The translations under genes and the position numbers were made by a program. Source: Klebsormidium nitens (lineage: Eukaryota > Plantae > Klebsormidiophyceae). Taken from it: a stretch of DNA of 64,000 bases. The stretch lies in contig DF237203.1 in assembly GCA_000708835.1 (NCBI GenBank), positions 1 to 64,000 of the forward strand, in the 5' to 3' direction. Below, piece after piece: positions 37,742-49,876 of the stretch (position 1 is the first letter of the stretch; every line of letters begins with the position of its first letter). The notes beneath the pieces are model-generated. The model did not search any database and had not been told where the DNA came from. It saw only the letters and a program-made list of their open reading frames with translations.

Positions 37742-40084
37742 CTAAGGACGACTTCCGTATGTTGCTGGTAGGCAAGAATCCCTATCGAGCAACCCGTCCT
37801 TGGACAGGAAATATTGCCGGAACCTCTGCCGCGAGTACTCCGCATAATCAAACTCAATGTTGGATGAAGCGCTGAAAATAACGCCCCACAGCCCCCACTG
37901 CAGGTGGCTCACCAGAGTGAAGCGGTCCGCCTCCTTTACTAACGAGGCAACATCCTCCGCCGAAGGGTTGTCACCTGTTCAGACGCCAAAACAAGTTTGA
38001 GCTCCTTGTTCAAACGTGCATGCAAGAGCCATTGCCTTCCACTATAAAAGTCCACTAACTGATGTCAAAATGCAGCGCCAGCCGATCCATTTGACTCAAC
38101 CGCATAGTAGATAGCCGCTTAATGGCAGGCTACCAGACTTTGTAAGGCCCTGGTATAGGCTCTCGCATCAACTGTTCCCAGTGCACAATCTGACCCGAGA
38201 GGGCTGCAACACATTGCCCGCAAATGTCCAAGAGCCCTAACCCTCACCACTACGTAAAATCGACGACCTTTCAATCGCCCATTGGGGTCATTGAAACTGA
38301 ATGCACTAGGCCATTTAACCGTGAAAGCGGCTGCTATCTGCACGCCTTCCTCAGCTCTTTCCCTCACCTAATGCGGAGAGGTATGCTTGACAGAAGCGCA
38401 GGCGCTGCTCCAGAGAGGGGTAGCGGGAGTAGTCGAGAATGTGGGGGGTGTCAGAGTGGTAGTCAGCGGCAAACTCGCAAAAGTGATTGGCGATGTCGAA
38501 CGCGATCGGGTTGTAGCCTGCGTACTCGTAATCCTGCAAGCCAGGGCCCCTTGTATCAACACCGCACACTTCGCAGACAGACCCCTTCACGCCGATGCGT
38601 GGGCTGTTTTGGGGGGACTTCTCAAATCTGGTCGAAAGCAGAGCAAACCGGAAGATCACCCAGAAAATCGCACTGCGCACCAAGGCTGTGAGGGAGCCTT
38701 ACAGAGCTTGTAAAGGCCAGACCCGCATCTTTGCAAAGAGCAGATTCGCATGACACCCCTGTTGACAGGGTGTACATCAGGACCCTGTCTTTCTTTACTA
38801 AGGCCTGCCTCAGGTGTGGTCAACAGATGCCGCAGCATTATGTTAGGCAAGCGTCAGCCCGAGATTTTTGGTGCTTGTTTGCTCTGCACTGCAATGCGGG
38901 TGTGACGACTCACAATAATTGTGATGGCCCCCGTGCGCTCATCTGCCATGAGGTTGCCATACTGCAAGTCGTTGTGGCAGAAACCAATGCCCCATCTAGA
39001 GCGCCCTGCCGCCTGCAGCTTGTCTTGAGCCGCAGCTCTGCTGACCCCCGTGCAGTGCCCCTTTCCACCCTCATCTCCACTCCCCACTTCCGTCACTGTC
39101 CGTTCCGCAAAACTTCCAGTAGCCGCCTCGCCCCCTTCCTCATTGTGCCCCCCCAGCTTTGCCTCCATCTCCGCAATCTCCTCCTCCAGCTCTGCCAGGC
39201 AAAATTCCGCTGCTGCCAGGGGTGAGGCCACCTCCAGGGCCGTGAGCAGCCAGGCACGCATGCGCGGCCACACAACGGCGCTACGTGGGGCGCCCATGTC
39301 AAGGCGGTGAAAGACGGCCAGCTTGGCAGCAATGCGGGCGGAGCACACAGGGTCCCGCAAGTCCGGCGACGTCAGCGTCTGCAAGGAAGTGCTCCAGGCT
39401 CAGGCGCGCGGCTGGCACTCTGCTGTAAGAAGACGGAGTAGCACAAGCAGTTGCAAATGCCTCACCTTTCTTCAATTAGAATGCGGGCACCCTGGAACCG
39501 GAAGACGAAATAGGAAAGACCTTCTCGAGCCCAAACAGAAGTTTCCAGCATCCCCTGCGGAAGTACTTCAGACAGATATTACAAAGGGCCGAGCTTTTAC
39601 CGTCAAGAAAAGCAAAACCCTTGGCCAAATGCTCACGAAAGGTGCTAAATAACAAGAAAGTTGTACGCACCCTCGCATGCAGCCACTCCTCAACTCTGCC
39701 CGCAGGAAAATGTGCCAAAAGCTGGGGGCCGTAGCCATGCCGGGACAGCCGTTCGAACGTCTCTACTTCTTGCTCTCTGCTAAAGATGGCGTCCACTTCA
39801 CTGCCGTACAGCCGCACGAGGACCCGCCGGCTCTTCCCGCTCGGTTCTCGCCACTTGCACTCAAACACCTTATTGGTCAGAGCACCACTCAGCCGCTTCA
39901 CAGAGATCTCCCCCACGTCGCGCAGGGCTTCCTGCCACTCCTGGGAGGAAATCTTTTGCAAAGCGGGCAGGGCCACTTGTGCGACCTCCGCCAGGTCAAC
40001 CTCGTCAGAGGAAAACAAGGGCAATGATGGGGGCCCCGTAGGAAACGACTGCAAACTCGGGTGGAGGGTCTCAATCCCCCCCAT
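37742..40084 (-). CDS. Choline/ethanolamine kinase
   Basis: Exons 40084-39671, 39378-38914, 38533-38368, 37974-37742. Motifs LSGALTN, VLVRLYG, Brenner motif [42 protein letters not shown] and EFDYAEY. The start could lie further upstream. Confidence 0.93.
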
Positions 40085-40221
40085 GCTGCTTCCCAACCCT
40101 CCTACCTGCTACCTTGAGGGTTCTAGACACCCTTTGACACACTACCTAGCCTGCTGACTAGCGCCAGGCGCCCTGATTTCTACCCTGCACGGCTCAAGAG
40201 TCAATGGCGCCTCTCTCCCTG

Positions 40222-40248
40222 CTCTGAGTCTGAGTCTGACTCTGACTC
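40222..40248. repeat. Short hexamer microsatellite (TCTGAG/TCTGAC)
   Basis: CTCTGAGTCTGAGTCTGACTCTGACTC upstream of the kinase start. Confidence 0.7.
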
Positions 40249-40945
40249 TTGATGAGTCTTGGGTGTAGTCTCTACCGTCTTGAGAACCTTGAACAGGTCA
40301 CGTGGGTCGTTCGATACCCTGAAGTGTGGGTTACCACCTGACCCCCCCTGTCTTAACCTTTAAAGTTTATACCTGTTTACCGCTCTTAACCGGATGGCTT
40401 ACTGCAACCCGTGTCTCATACCACTACGTGCACAGTGATCAACATGGTGTTCACCGTGAACACGGTGTCCCTGTGACAGTGTAAGGCAGGAAGAGGCTGC
40501 GGAAGTACGAGAATGTAGGTAGGTTGGTGTGGCGGACCCACTTGCCTTCATTGCTTCAACTTCAAGTCAGCAAGTGCCAATTCAGAATAACTTCAGATTT
40601 AAGGCGTTTACCTTCGTCTCACGTCTCTCTGAGCTGGAGGAGTCAGTTTGTCACGGACTGGTTCAAAGTGGATCCAATCAAACAAGGAAACGTCTGTCGT
40701 AGTTTGTGGCGAGAGTGCGGCTTGGTGGCATCAAGCAGGGGAGCTGACGGTTTTGTCTGCAGTTGAGGCGGAGCTTTGCTAGCTACCAATAGATGCACTG
40801 ACATGATTGGTCGATTAGAGAAGCTGCTAGAGGGAGCACCACGGGTGGCGCATCTGCAGGCATAGGAGCTGATCCAGCATCACCCGACAGTGCCGGCAAG
40901 GGAGCGGGTGCAGTTGCTGCTGGGGACGCTGGTGGTGGGGCAATC

Positions 40946-43819
40946 ATGAAGACGTCCAGCAGCAGGGAGCAGCTGCTGCCGGTGACGCAGGAGAAGGACC
41001 ACAAGGATAAGAGAATGCAGGGCAAGGGCATAGCGGCAGCGCTGGGCTACATGGGCTGCGCAGGTAGGGGACCTCATGAAACTGTTGGTTAGAGGAAGAG
41101 ATGCATACTGCATCCTGAACTGATCAGATTGGATCCTTGACTATCAAGTGGAGCTGAGAAAAGGGCCGGAGATGCATCAAGCCTGTCGTGGTTTGAAGAG
41201 ACCCCAATTGCAAGAAATCAAGTAAGGGTGCGGCGCCGGCCGTCCTTGATGCAAATACCTCGATGGTGCAGCTGCATAATCTGGCTGTAGGCACCTTGCT
41301 GTGATCATTAAGCTCGTAGCCCTCAACTGAAGGAATCACATCCTCAGATGTGAGCTCAGAGGAGAAGGTGGCAACTTGCTTAAGATTGGAGGAGCTGGGA
41401 TGCCGCCAGTGGCAACTTTGAAGCAGCCGTTTCGAGGCTTGTGCAAGGGCGCCCTTATTGACGATCCGCCCCTTCGCTTCTTCCAGTGTTGCTCGTCATG
41501 TTCAACAAGGCGGCGCTCTCGTCTTACAAATTCCCATATGCCAACATCATCACACTGCTGCAGGTAAATTGTCACTTCTGGTTGGTTTTACACTACTCTG
41601 CTTCAAGAGTTTGGACATAGCACTGTCAATACCCGTCCTCCATGACCCTAGCCTGATGTTGGAACATTACGATGTTTCTGGATTAATCGCAACCGATTGC
41701 CCATAAGGACAAGCGCCCCTAGTTTTCTTCTGTTTCCTCTAGCTCAGGATCTCTTCCTTTTTTCCTTTGTGGGTTGCAGGTCAGCTGCTCCAACCTGCTC
41801 CTTGCCGTCCTGCGCTACTTCCGCGTCATCAGCTTCACTGCCGACGGCCACTCCGCCCTGGAGAACACACGCAGCGGCTTCATCGGCCTCAAGACCATCC
41901 GCGTGGCTGCCCCGCTGTCCGTCTCTTATCTAATCTACATGGTCAGGCCCCCTTTCATGTAGAGCCCGCATGACGTCACACTGGCCACAGATGTTGCTCT
42001 GTCAATCTGCACATGCAGAGTATTGAGCTAAGGCTGGGTCCAACACAGACTGCATTCCCCGGTGGCTGTCAGGGTTGTGGCATGATTTGTTGAGCGTGGG
42101 CGGTGCAGGTGGTAGGCATGGCGAGTATCCGCGGGGTGAGCGTGCCCATGTACACCGCACTGCGCCGCACCACCGTGGCCTTCACCATGGCCATGGAGTT
42201 CCTCATCGCGCGCCAGACCTACCCCCCCGAAATCATCTTCAGGTACTGGCGTGAACACCCCTCCACGTTGCTGCTACAACTCCGCATTGCGTCCCCCATC
42301 TCTCATGCGTTTCCCCGCGCATTCCCTTCGGGCTTGCCTCAGAACTTGTATGAGCGCCCATTGCTGTTCTTGAACTCGGTTCTGTTTCCCAATGGTCCTA
42401 ATTCTGCCCCTCTCCTGACGATCTTGCCTCTCCGCTGTCCAGTGTGAGCGTCATTGTGGGGGGCGCCCTCTTAGCGGGCATGCGCGACCTGACGTTTGAT
42501 GTTTGGGGCTACTCGCTTGTGTTTGCGTCCAACCTGACCACCGCCGTCTACCTCGCCACGATAGCCAGGCTCGGCAAGACGACAGGCCTCAACAGCTTCG
42601 GCCTGATGTGGTGCAACGGTGTGCCCACCCCTCTCAATCTTGTCCTCGATGTCCCCATCTCTTCTCCTCGCTTGCAACGATTTCCGTCGCTCCATATGAT
42701 GCGCAGCTGCCCGCCTTATGTGTACGTCCAGCTCTGCTCCTCGCTTCTTGGACGCATTCTCATAGAATCTGGCGCCACTTCCAGCGTGTGACGTCCCCAG
42801 GTGCGTTGCCCCCTGCAGGTATCATCTGCGCACCCCTGCTTTTTTGTTGGACGTTTTTGACCGGCGAGCTCTCATCTGCGCTCGCCTTCCCTGCTATCCA
42901 CTCCCCGGGCTTCCAGGCAAGCGCCCCTTCATCCGCCCACTCCCTGTTCCCTGCCTGCTTCTTTCTCTGCTCGCTGCCTAGCTCGGCCTACTTGATAAAT
43001 TGCCCGTGCCCGGTCTTCTCACGGCCGTGCCTGCTGGGCTGCAGCTGGTGACAATGGCGTCGTGCTCGCTTGCGTTCCTGCTCAACTACACCATCTTCCT
43101 CAACACCGCCCTCAACTCCGCCGTCACGCAGACCATCTGCGGTAACCTCAAGGTCAGCCTCCCTTGTTTGCGTCGTGGCCCGTCTCGGTTGCCTATGAAC
43201 GACAGCTTGCGTTATACCGCCTTCGTTCTTACAGGGGCGTCGAAACCCGACTTCGTTGCGAGATGTCGCGTGCAGGCTCCTTAAACGTCTCGCCACGAAA
43301 GAGCACGAATGTCCCGAACGGGTGTTGCCACCCGCTTCGCATTGGGCACAGCCGTTGACAACTTGATTGAAGAGATACATTTTGCAGACGATCCCCGGAA
43401 GCTGCCCGAAAACTTAGCGACGCTCGGCTTCTCGAAAACGCTCTCTGCTGGTACTCTGGCACGAGTGGGTTGTGGCTGACGACTGTTTTGGTGTGTACCC
43501 CTGCAGGACCTTGGAACGGTCACCATTGGCTGGCTCTGGTTCAACGACCTGCCCTTTGATTTTGTAAGGCCCTTCTTTCGCCCCTGCCGCTTGCCTAACA
43601 TTTGTGCACATGATGTGTCCAAATGCTGCAACCATGCCTTCTGTTCTGTTGTGTTCTGTTCACATTCGGGGTTGACTCAGGATGAGTGGACCATGCTTGA
43701 TTGTGACCTTCTTCTGTTCGCAGATGAATTTAGTTGGGCAAGGCATGGGGTTCGCGGGCTCCGGCTTCTATGCGTATTGCAAGTTAAGAGGGACAGCAAC
43801 GCAGGCTGCAAAACAGTAG
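40946..43819 (+). CDS. Nucleotide-sugar transporter, UGNT1/SLC35D-like (probably UDP-GlcNAc)
   Basis: Exons 40946-41063, 41487-41563, 41780-41941, 42109-42242, 42443-42618, 42819-42916, 43045-43152, 43507-43563, 43724-43819. Motifs VMFNKAALSSY, VPMYTALRRTT, GLNSFGLMWCNG, FLLNYTIFLNT and TICGNLKD. The frame is also open upstream of 40946, so an extra 5' exon is possible. Intron 6 is GC-AG. Confidence 0.92.
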
Positions 43820-45173
43820 TGTCCTAACCCAGACTACTTCGAAGTTGCCCTCCGGCTTATGTTCGTGTGTACCATAGAGAGCCCTGTATTCAGGTTTGTG
43901 ACAGATTGAGTATTAGCTACTCCAGGAGGAGTGGACTAGGAAATGATGTGAAGGCACAGCGCAACTTACAGTGCATGCAATAGACAACCTTTCCAGACCA
44001 ATGAAGTGTTGTCGGGTGTTGAAAATGCCCACGACACTCTTTAGAGCTCGGCGCCATATGACCGGTGTTGGAGAAGTGCACAATCTGGAGAGCATCAATG
44101 TTCCTAGGGCGATCCGACAATTGAATGATTGACATATGGTCCGATCAACTGACTTGCGCAAGTGTTAGGCGATGCCGCTCGGTCATCAATGATGCCGATA
44201 ATGCACTGGCGCGAGTGAAAGAATGCTGCTGGCCACATGACTTAGTATATCTCATATCTCATATACTGGGCCAAAGTTATTGTTATCTGCAATATGATAT
44301 ACATGGATGGCTGCTTGCTTGATGGTAAGAGCTGTTTGTTGTATTGTTTCACTTTGTTTGAGCTATCAGTGCGCATAAAGAGGATTCCTGTGAGACACTA
44401 TGTAAAAGAAAGTCACCTCACATAAGTTACGACTACAGCTGACAACTGTCAACACATGTAGGTACTTAACTTAAGTTCGGTCTGTCGACCAACTTTCTTG
44501 AGCTGCCCTTCTGTAGAGATAGCTTACATGGCATGTGAGCGTTTCCATCCATCAAGGCTTCAGAGGAATCCATCGCACAAAGAAAAGCAGAAAACTCTTG
44601 TGACTTGAAGACAAATAAGCCTGTGAAAGATTGGGGCTCGATAAGTGACTCCAAGTAAGAAGGAAATAGACTGATGAGGTCACTTGGCCAGCCAACTCAA
44701 ATCTCCGAGTTTCCTTGTACCATCAAGCAGATGTGAATGTCCTCCCTATAGCAACTCGGCCAATCAGCAATGTTGGGCAACTTATCCCGTTCAGTGATCC
44801 AACCGCATGCAGGTCATTAAGGTCCTCAAGTCAATTCAGAGCTCGCTTTACGATCCGTGATCTCTTGCATTTTGTGCTTTGATGAAAGCATGATAATAGT
44901 ACAATCAACTCATGTAGTCTGCACTATTGCTTTGAGAATGCACTTAAAAGCCACTTCAGCCCTGTTTGTGAAGCGCCACCACTGCATCGGGGGTCAGAGA
45001 CAGCGACTCAGCAAAAGAGAGCGCCAAGGGTCTGCCGTCGTGCATAACTTACCAAGTGATGCAGCACAGCATGCCTAAATCTGGATAGGTGCATGAAAGG
45101 ATGCAGATTTCCGGCTTCCCAAAGCCGCAGAACTTTGTAAAGAGTGAATGAGTACCACCACCACTTCAATCGC

Positions 45174-45672
45174 TCAATACAGGAATCTTGGATCCTTGTG
45201 CTTCTGCAAACTCACAAGAAGGCCGCAGCCCACCATAGTTGCTATCGAGGATGTACAAGGGCTGACGTCAAATCTGAGGCGACAATCTTTGAAGAAACAG
45301 TGGCCCCACAGGTTCAATGCCAAGTTCAAGTCGCACCCGCCGTTCATAGACCATAACAAGCAAGCTGAGTGGTCAGGAAACTATGCAGGATGTCCCGAGT
45401 TCTTCCACAATGAGGGGCACCAAATGAGGCTGACCTTCGTAAGAGATCACTGCTTACCTTGCCGCTGTGCCTGCCTGCGCAGATCCCGACAGCACCAACT
45501 TCTGGGCTTCCTTCTTCTCAATCACACCGCTCGCTTCGGCTACCGCCTGTGTACAATAGCCTTGCCGCTGCTTGTGCTTTTGATCCTTCGTGCAGGTGAC
45601 ATAGACGTTGTTACCCCGCCTCACCAGCCGGCAGTACTCGCATAACTTTTTTATTGACGATCGGACCTTCAT
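45174..45672 (-). CDS. rpl36: Ribosomal protein L36, plant mitochondrial-type with C-terminal extension, 104 aa
   Basis: Exons 45672-45458 and 45273-45174. The sequence [38 protein letters not shown] has an intact CCCH zinc ribbon. Confidence 0.93.
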
Positions 45673-45830
45673 CTTAAAAGGCAAACAGCGGCACGGAGAT
45701 GGTGGTAAGGCAAAAGGAGAAAAAGTAGAGCTCAAAGGCGCCTCTGCAATGACGAGTATACTACTGTTCAAGGGCGCGAAAGGACGTTGCCAGTAGGCAA
45801 CGATTCAGACACAATAGAGTGCAGAGCTGC

Positions 45831-45853
45831 TAAACCCTAAAGTGGAACCCTAA
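45831..45853. promoter_or_regulatory. Telo-boxes in the rpl36/RPI4 divergent promoter
   Basis: TAAACCCTAAA at 45831-45841 and AACCCTAA at 45846-45853. Telo-boxes are typical of plant ribosomal-protein promoters. Confidence 0.65.
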
Positions 45854-45955
45854 TGCCGGTATCATGTACCCCTGCGAAACGCAGAGCTTCTGCTTCAAAG
45901 GCTACCTGTCATGCGTGCATTTGGCTGCCATTCTCTCTTTCAGTAGATCCACAAC

Positions 45956-48900
45956 ATGGCGCTATCCCATGTTGTACAGTTCCCTCCGCAGCCTTTCTGC
46001 TCGCCCTCCGCCGCATTGCCTTTCCAACCTGATGGAGTCAAAATAGAAACATATAGAATTGCTCCGATAAACCCAGCTGGTAGGAGTACTCAATCTTCAA
46101 ATAAGCGGCGCTGTAGATACGCTAAACACGGAGCTGCACAGCAGCATGCCAATGCCACCCCGGCAAACAGGCGATGCTGCTTCCCTCGACAATCTGGTTT
46201 GAGGAACATAGGGAGCCAGTTTTCAGTGCGACGCTCAGACTCTTCATGCGATGGAAGGAAAGTTTCAAAGGTTGCAAGGGCAATGGCAGGACCCTATGCC
46301 ACCAAGGCCGCCCGGGTTGAAGAGGCAGCCAAGCAGGTGGTGAGTGGCAGGGACAGCAAACTGGTGCACATGAACCAACCAGAAATGGTGTCACTGGTCC
46401 TATTGAGAAGTTTTTCCCCCTTTTCAACAAACGTGTTGCCCCATGAGTGGTACTGAGCGATATCCTTGAGGGAACAAATTCTGGACAAAAGGCCCCACAA
46501 GTCTGACCGCAACCTATCACCTCCCGTGCTGATGCTGACCACCAGTTGGCATCGATCATCACTCTCCAGCTTCCAAGGTGTCTTGTTGTCGTTTGCAGAA
46601 GGAAGGTAGCTGGTCAGATCACTGTGCTTTTGAACATTCCAAAGATGTGTCATTATCTTTCACTTGCCCCCTCGGCGGACCTGACCTTTTGGTGTCATCA
46701 GGTGGACTTGTTCATCGGGCCCAACCAGGTGATTGGGCTTGGGACGGGCCCTGGGTGCGAGTACGCTATCCAACATCTGGGCTTAAAACTAAAGGAAGGG
46801 AAGCTGTGGAACATCAAAGCAATCCCAGCGTGAGTGGTGGTCGCAGCCGGACCTTGCAGGGTGGGCAGCTTGGAAGGGTGGTGCGCTGGATGAAAAAGTC
46901 CCAATCTGGAAAACCAAAAAGTTCACTATAGTTATTGGTTATTGCTGCACTCTTGCCCCTGTCTTCGTCACTTAAACCGAGGCATTCCATCAAAGATACG
47001 TTGGATTACATTGTGAATGATGTGTCCTGGTTCTGCAGTTCAGCGTTCAGCGGTCTGGCTGCTGGCCATCTCCCCGCGCATTGCCCTCATGATGCACCCT
47101 GACCCTACTTTTCCTTGCAGCTCAGCAGAGACTGCAGCCGCAGCTGCCCAGGCAGGGATTCCCCTCAGCACAGCTGAAGATCATGTCAAGGTAAGGGTTA
47201 CCCCGTACATTGCAGAGTCGGGGAAATGTTCACCACGTCAGAACCACAGGTACTGACAACCCCCAACCTTGCAGCCAATCCTTGAGAAATCAAGGACCTA
47301 CGATTTGTAGGCAGAACAGACATAGGTACTTTCCCAGTCCAGTAAGTACTTACATGAGTATGTAGTCGGGTCCCTTCTCGTGAGGCCACCCAGACCCAAC
47401 CCACCCAGCTGGTTTTGGCGTACTCTGCTGTCAACACGTTTGGGTACGTGGGAGGCGTCAAATGCCCCCGCTCTCGTGGCCGTGTCCCTTATTGACTGCC
47501 GGCTGCCCCATACGCTGCTGTGGGTGCAGGTAGACGTGGTCCTCGAGGACCCCGACCTGGTGCAGGAGGGCACGCTCAGCTTCATCATTGGCCGAAGGGG
47601 CGCCCCGGGGGGCTGGGGGGACAAGTCATTAGTCAAGGAGAAGGTGCGGCAGGCGCTGGCCAGGGATACAGTACATTTCTTCGTGTTTGATGTCCAACAA
47701 AAAACTCGAAACGGGCAGGGTCAAGTAACAATCCCCAGTCGTTCGACCACTTCTCCTGCTCGTTCAGCTGTGCAGACCCGATGTGTCTGCCCAGCGTCAA
47801 GTCAGCGGATTTTCCCAGGCCCCCTACGAATACGCGCTTGTCGCTCATGCCAATCACCATAGCCGAATCCCGTGAGGGCCTGGTCGTTGTCCAAGCGCAT
47901 GGTGTGAGTTCCGGTCAACGACGTCCCTGAAATTTCAACGCCTGCAAGTCGCTCCGCCACTGGCCCCAAGTCCGCGAAGTCCGCGCCACTTACGATTGCC
48001 AGCCCCGCAGCCAATGCGGGCCGAGCTTACGAGTCCCCGTTCCGATGTCTGAGGGTGCTGCGTGGGTGGTGCAGGCGTTGGCGCATCTGGCGGCGCAGTA
48101 CATCCTCATCGCTGACAGCAGCATCTTCGTGGACAAGCTGCAAGGGGCCGTCCCTGTCATCATTCGAACGGTGAGGCAGCCAGGCTCGAAGCCTGTGCCG
48201 CCGTACAGGCTGAGACTGTCTTTCTCGAGAGTCTACGAATCGCGTTTCGTTTGATAAGCCTCATAGGGCGGTCACATATGAGTTCTCGGGGAAGTGGCGA
48301 GTGTTCCCTGAAGGAGCGCATGCTCCCCGCAAATCGGCTTTGGTCATATTTCCCTCAGGGATGAATCGCGCGAAGACTTAAAGCTTCCCGGATTACGCGG
48401 CTGTGCAGACTGTCCAGGGAGGCCAACCGTCCCTTAATATTTTTACCGGCGTCCCTGAGGGGCGCACTGTCCCCCAGAATATTGAGTCGAAATTCTGGGG
48501 GACAAAATCGCCGGTTTTCGGTCCCTGAGGGACGAAAATTTGGTCCCTGAGGGACGGGTGCACCCCGAAAATGTTCATATGTGACCGCCCTATCAGAGAA
48601 GGAAACGAAAGCACAGGGTAGAATTGGTGTCATGCGGCCCAGGCACGCGCGCCCTGAGCTGTACTTCTCAGTCCGTTGGTCGCAAGGGGATGTGTGAGAA
48701 GTAAACGGACATTCACCGTTCTTCTGATGCTGCAGGAAGATTGGGAGGACACTGCGGAAGAGATCGACGACTTGTTCCTAGGCGATGCTGAGGTTAGCCT
48801 CCTCTCTGCCTGACCTTTGATTGCCCGAAAACTAGGCCATGCTTGAACGGCCGCCAAGTTCGCAACCCTCAGGCCCCTCCGAAACTTGTGAAGCTAGCTT

Positions 48901-49876
48901 TTCGTTGCCTCCTTCGCCAACAAGCCGACAACAAACAGGATCAAACATCGACATGTAACGGGCGCTATAGGGCGCTGTAAACCAGTCTCATCGCTTACAA
49001 TGCACTTTCTTTTGATGATTGCAGAGAAAGATAGAGCATTGTCAAAAACTGAAGTGTGTGCTCACCTGCTACATCCTTTCCGATGAACACGTTCTTTGCG
49101 GCTAAGGACCCTACTGATCTCCGGCCCACTCACTCCAGATTTGGCGGCGCCCAAGCTCTGGCGAGGCGGGCCCTCTTGGAGGCGACCGCCCTTTGGTGAC
49201 GGACGGGGGCCACTTCGTGCTGGACGTCCTCTTCACGGAGCCCATCCGGGACCCAGGTGCGGCTGCGCCGCAATTTTCTGGCCAATGTCCCGTATCTGTT
49301 GGCTTGCCTGCGCCGTTGACGTCTTTATGACCGTGGCAGCGCCCTTTTGTCTGTCGAAGCTGATGTTGTTGTCGATAGCAGACACGAGTGGATTTCTTTC
49401 CGGCCCGGTCTGCGGGCCCGATCCGGGGAAAGATTCCTGCTTGTAGTTGCAGAAACGTCTCAAGTGGCGGCTTTGCAGAGCAAGTTGCGCGAGACCTGCA
49501 GTCTGTCGCCGGGGTGGTCGAGCACGGCCTTGTGGTCAATACAGCGTGAGTGTCACTGCAAAAGACAGCGCCGGCTGTGCAGCGCGCCAGCCGTCCGCCT
49601 CATTGAGAAGCTGATTTGACTAGCTCACTCTTTATGCGTGCAATGAGTATGACAGAGGCACAATGCCAACATAGCGTGCGCTATTTCATCGAAGTGTCAA
49701 GCGTGCGATGGGAATGACTGGTACGAAGAAACGAAGGGCGTGAGAAGTCTTGAGTGCACGAATGATGGCTTTCTGGATCCCTTTGCAGGTACGCGGTAGC
49801 AGTAGGCAGGGAAGATGGTGTGAAGATTAGGACGTCCCTTTTTAAAGAAGCGTTTCGGGAGAGCGTCACGCAGTGA
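45956..49876 (+). CDS. RPI4: Ribose-5-phosphate isomerase A-like protein (divergent plastid RPI4 type)
   Basis: Nine frame-consistent exons: 45956-46339, 46702-46829, 47121-47190, 47530-47643, 48075-48170, 48736-48792, 49139-49256, 49479-49545, 49789-49876. Motifs [47 protein letters not shown] and GVVEHGL. Transit-peptide-like N-terminus. Confidence 0.88.
48266..48590. mobile_element. MITE-like element (325 bp) in RPI4 intron 5
   Basis: Terminal inverted repeat GGGCGGTCACATATGA (48266-48281) / TCATATGTGACCGCCC (48575-48590), flanked by TA on both sides (48264-48265 and 48591-48592). No coding capacity. Internal palindromic repeats. Confidence 0.85.

Noticed and set aside
38119-38210. Possible alternative terminal exon of the choline kinase
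   Set aside because: None of its frames gives the conserved SHLxWGLWG / FDYxEY motifs, which are encoded by 37974-37742.
6559-40084. accD, ceramide synthase and choline kinase as a lipid-metabolism gene cluster
   Set aside because: They act in different compartments and pathways and are separated by unrelated housekeeping genes, so chance proximity is sufficient.
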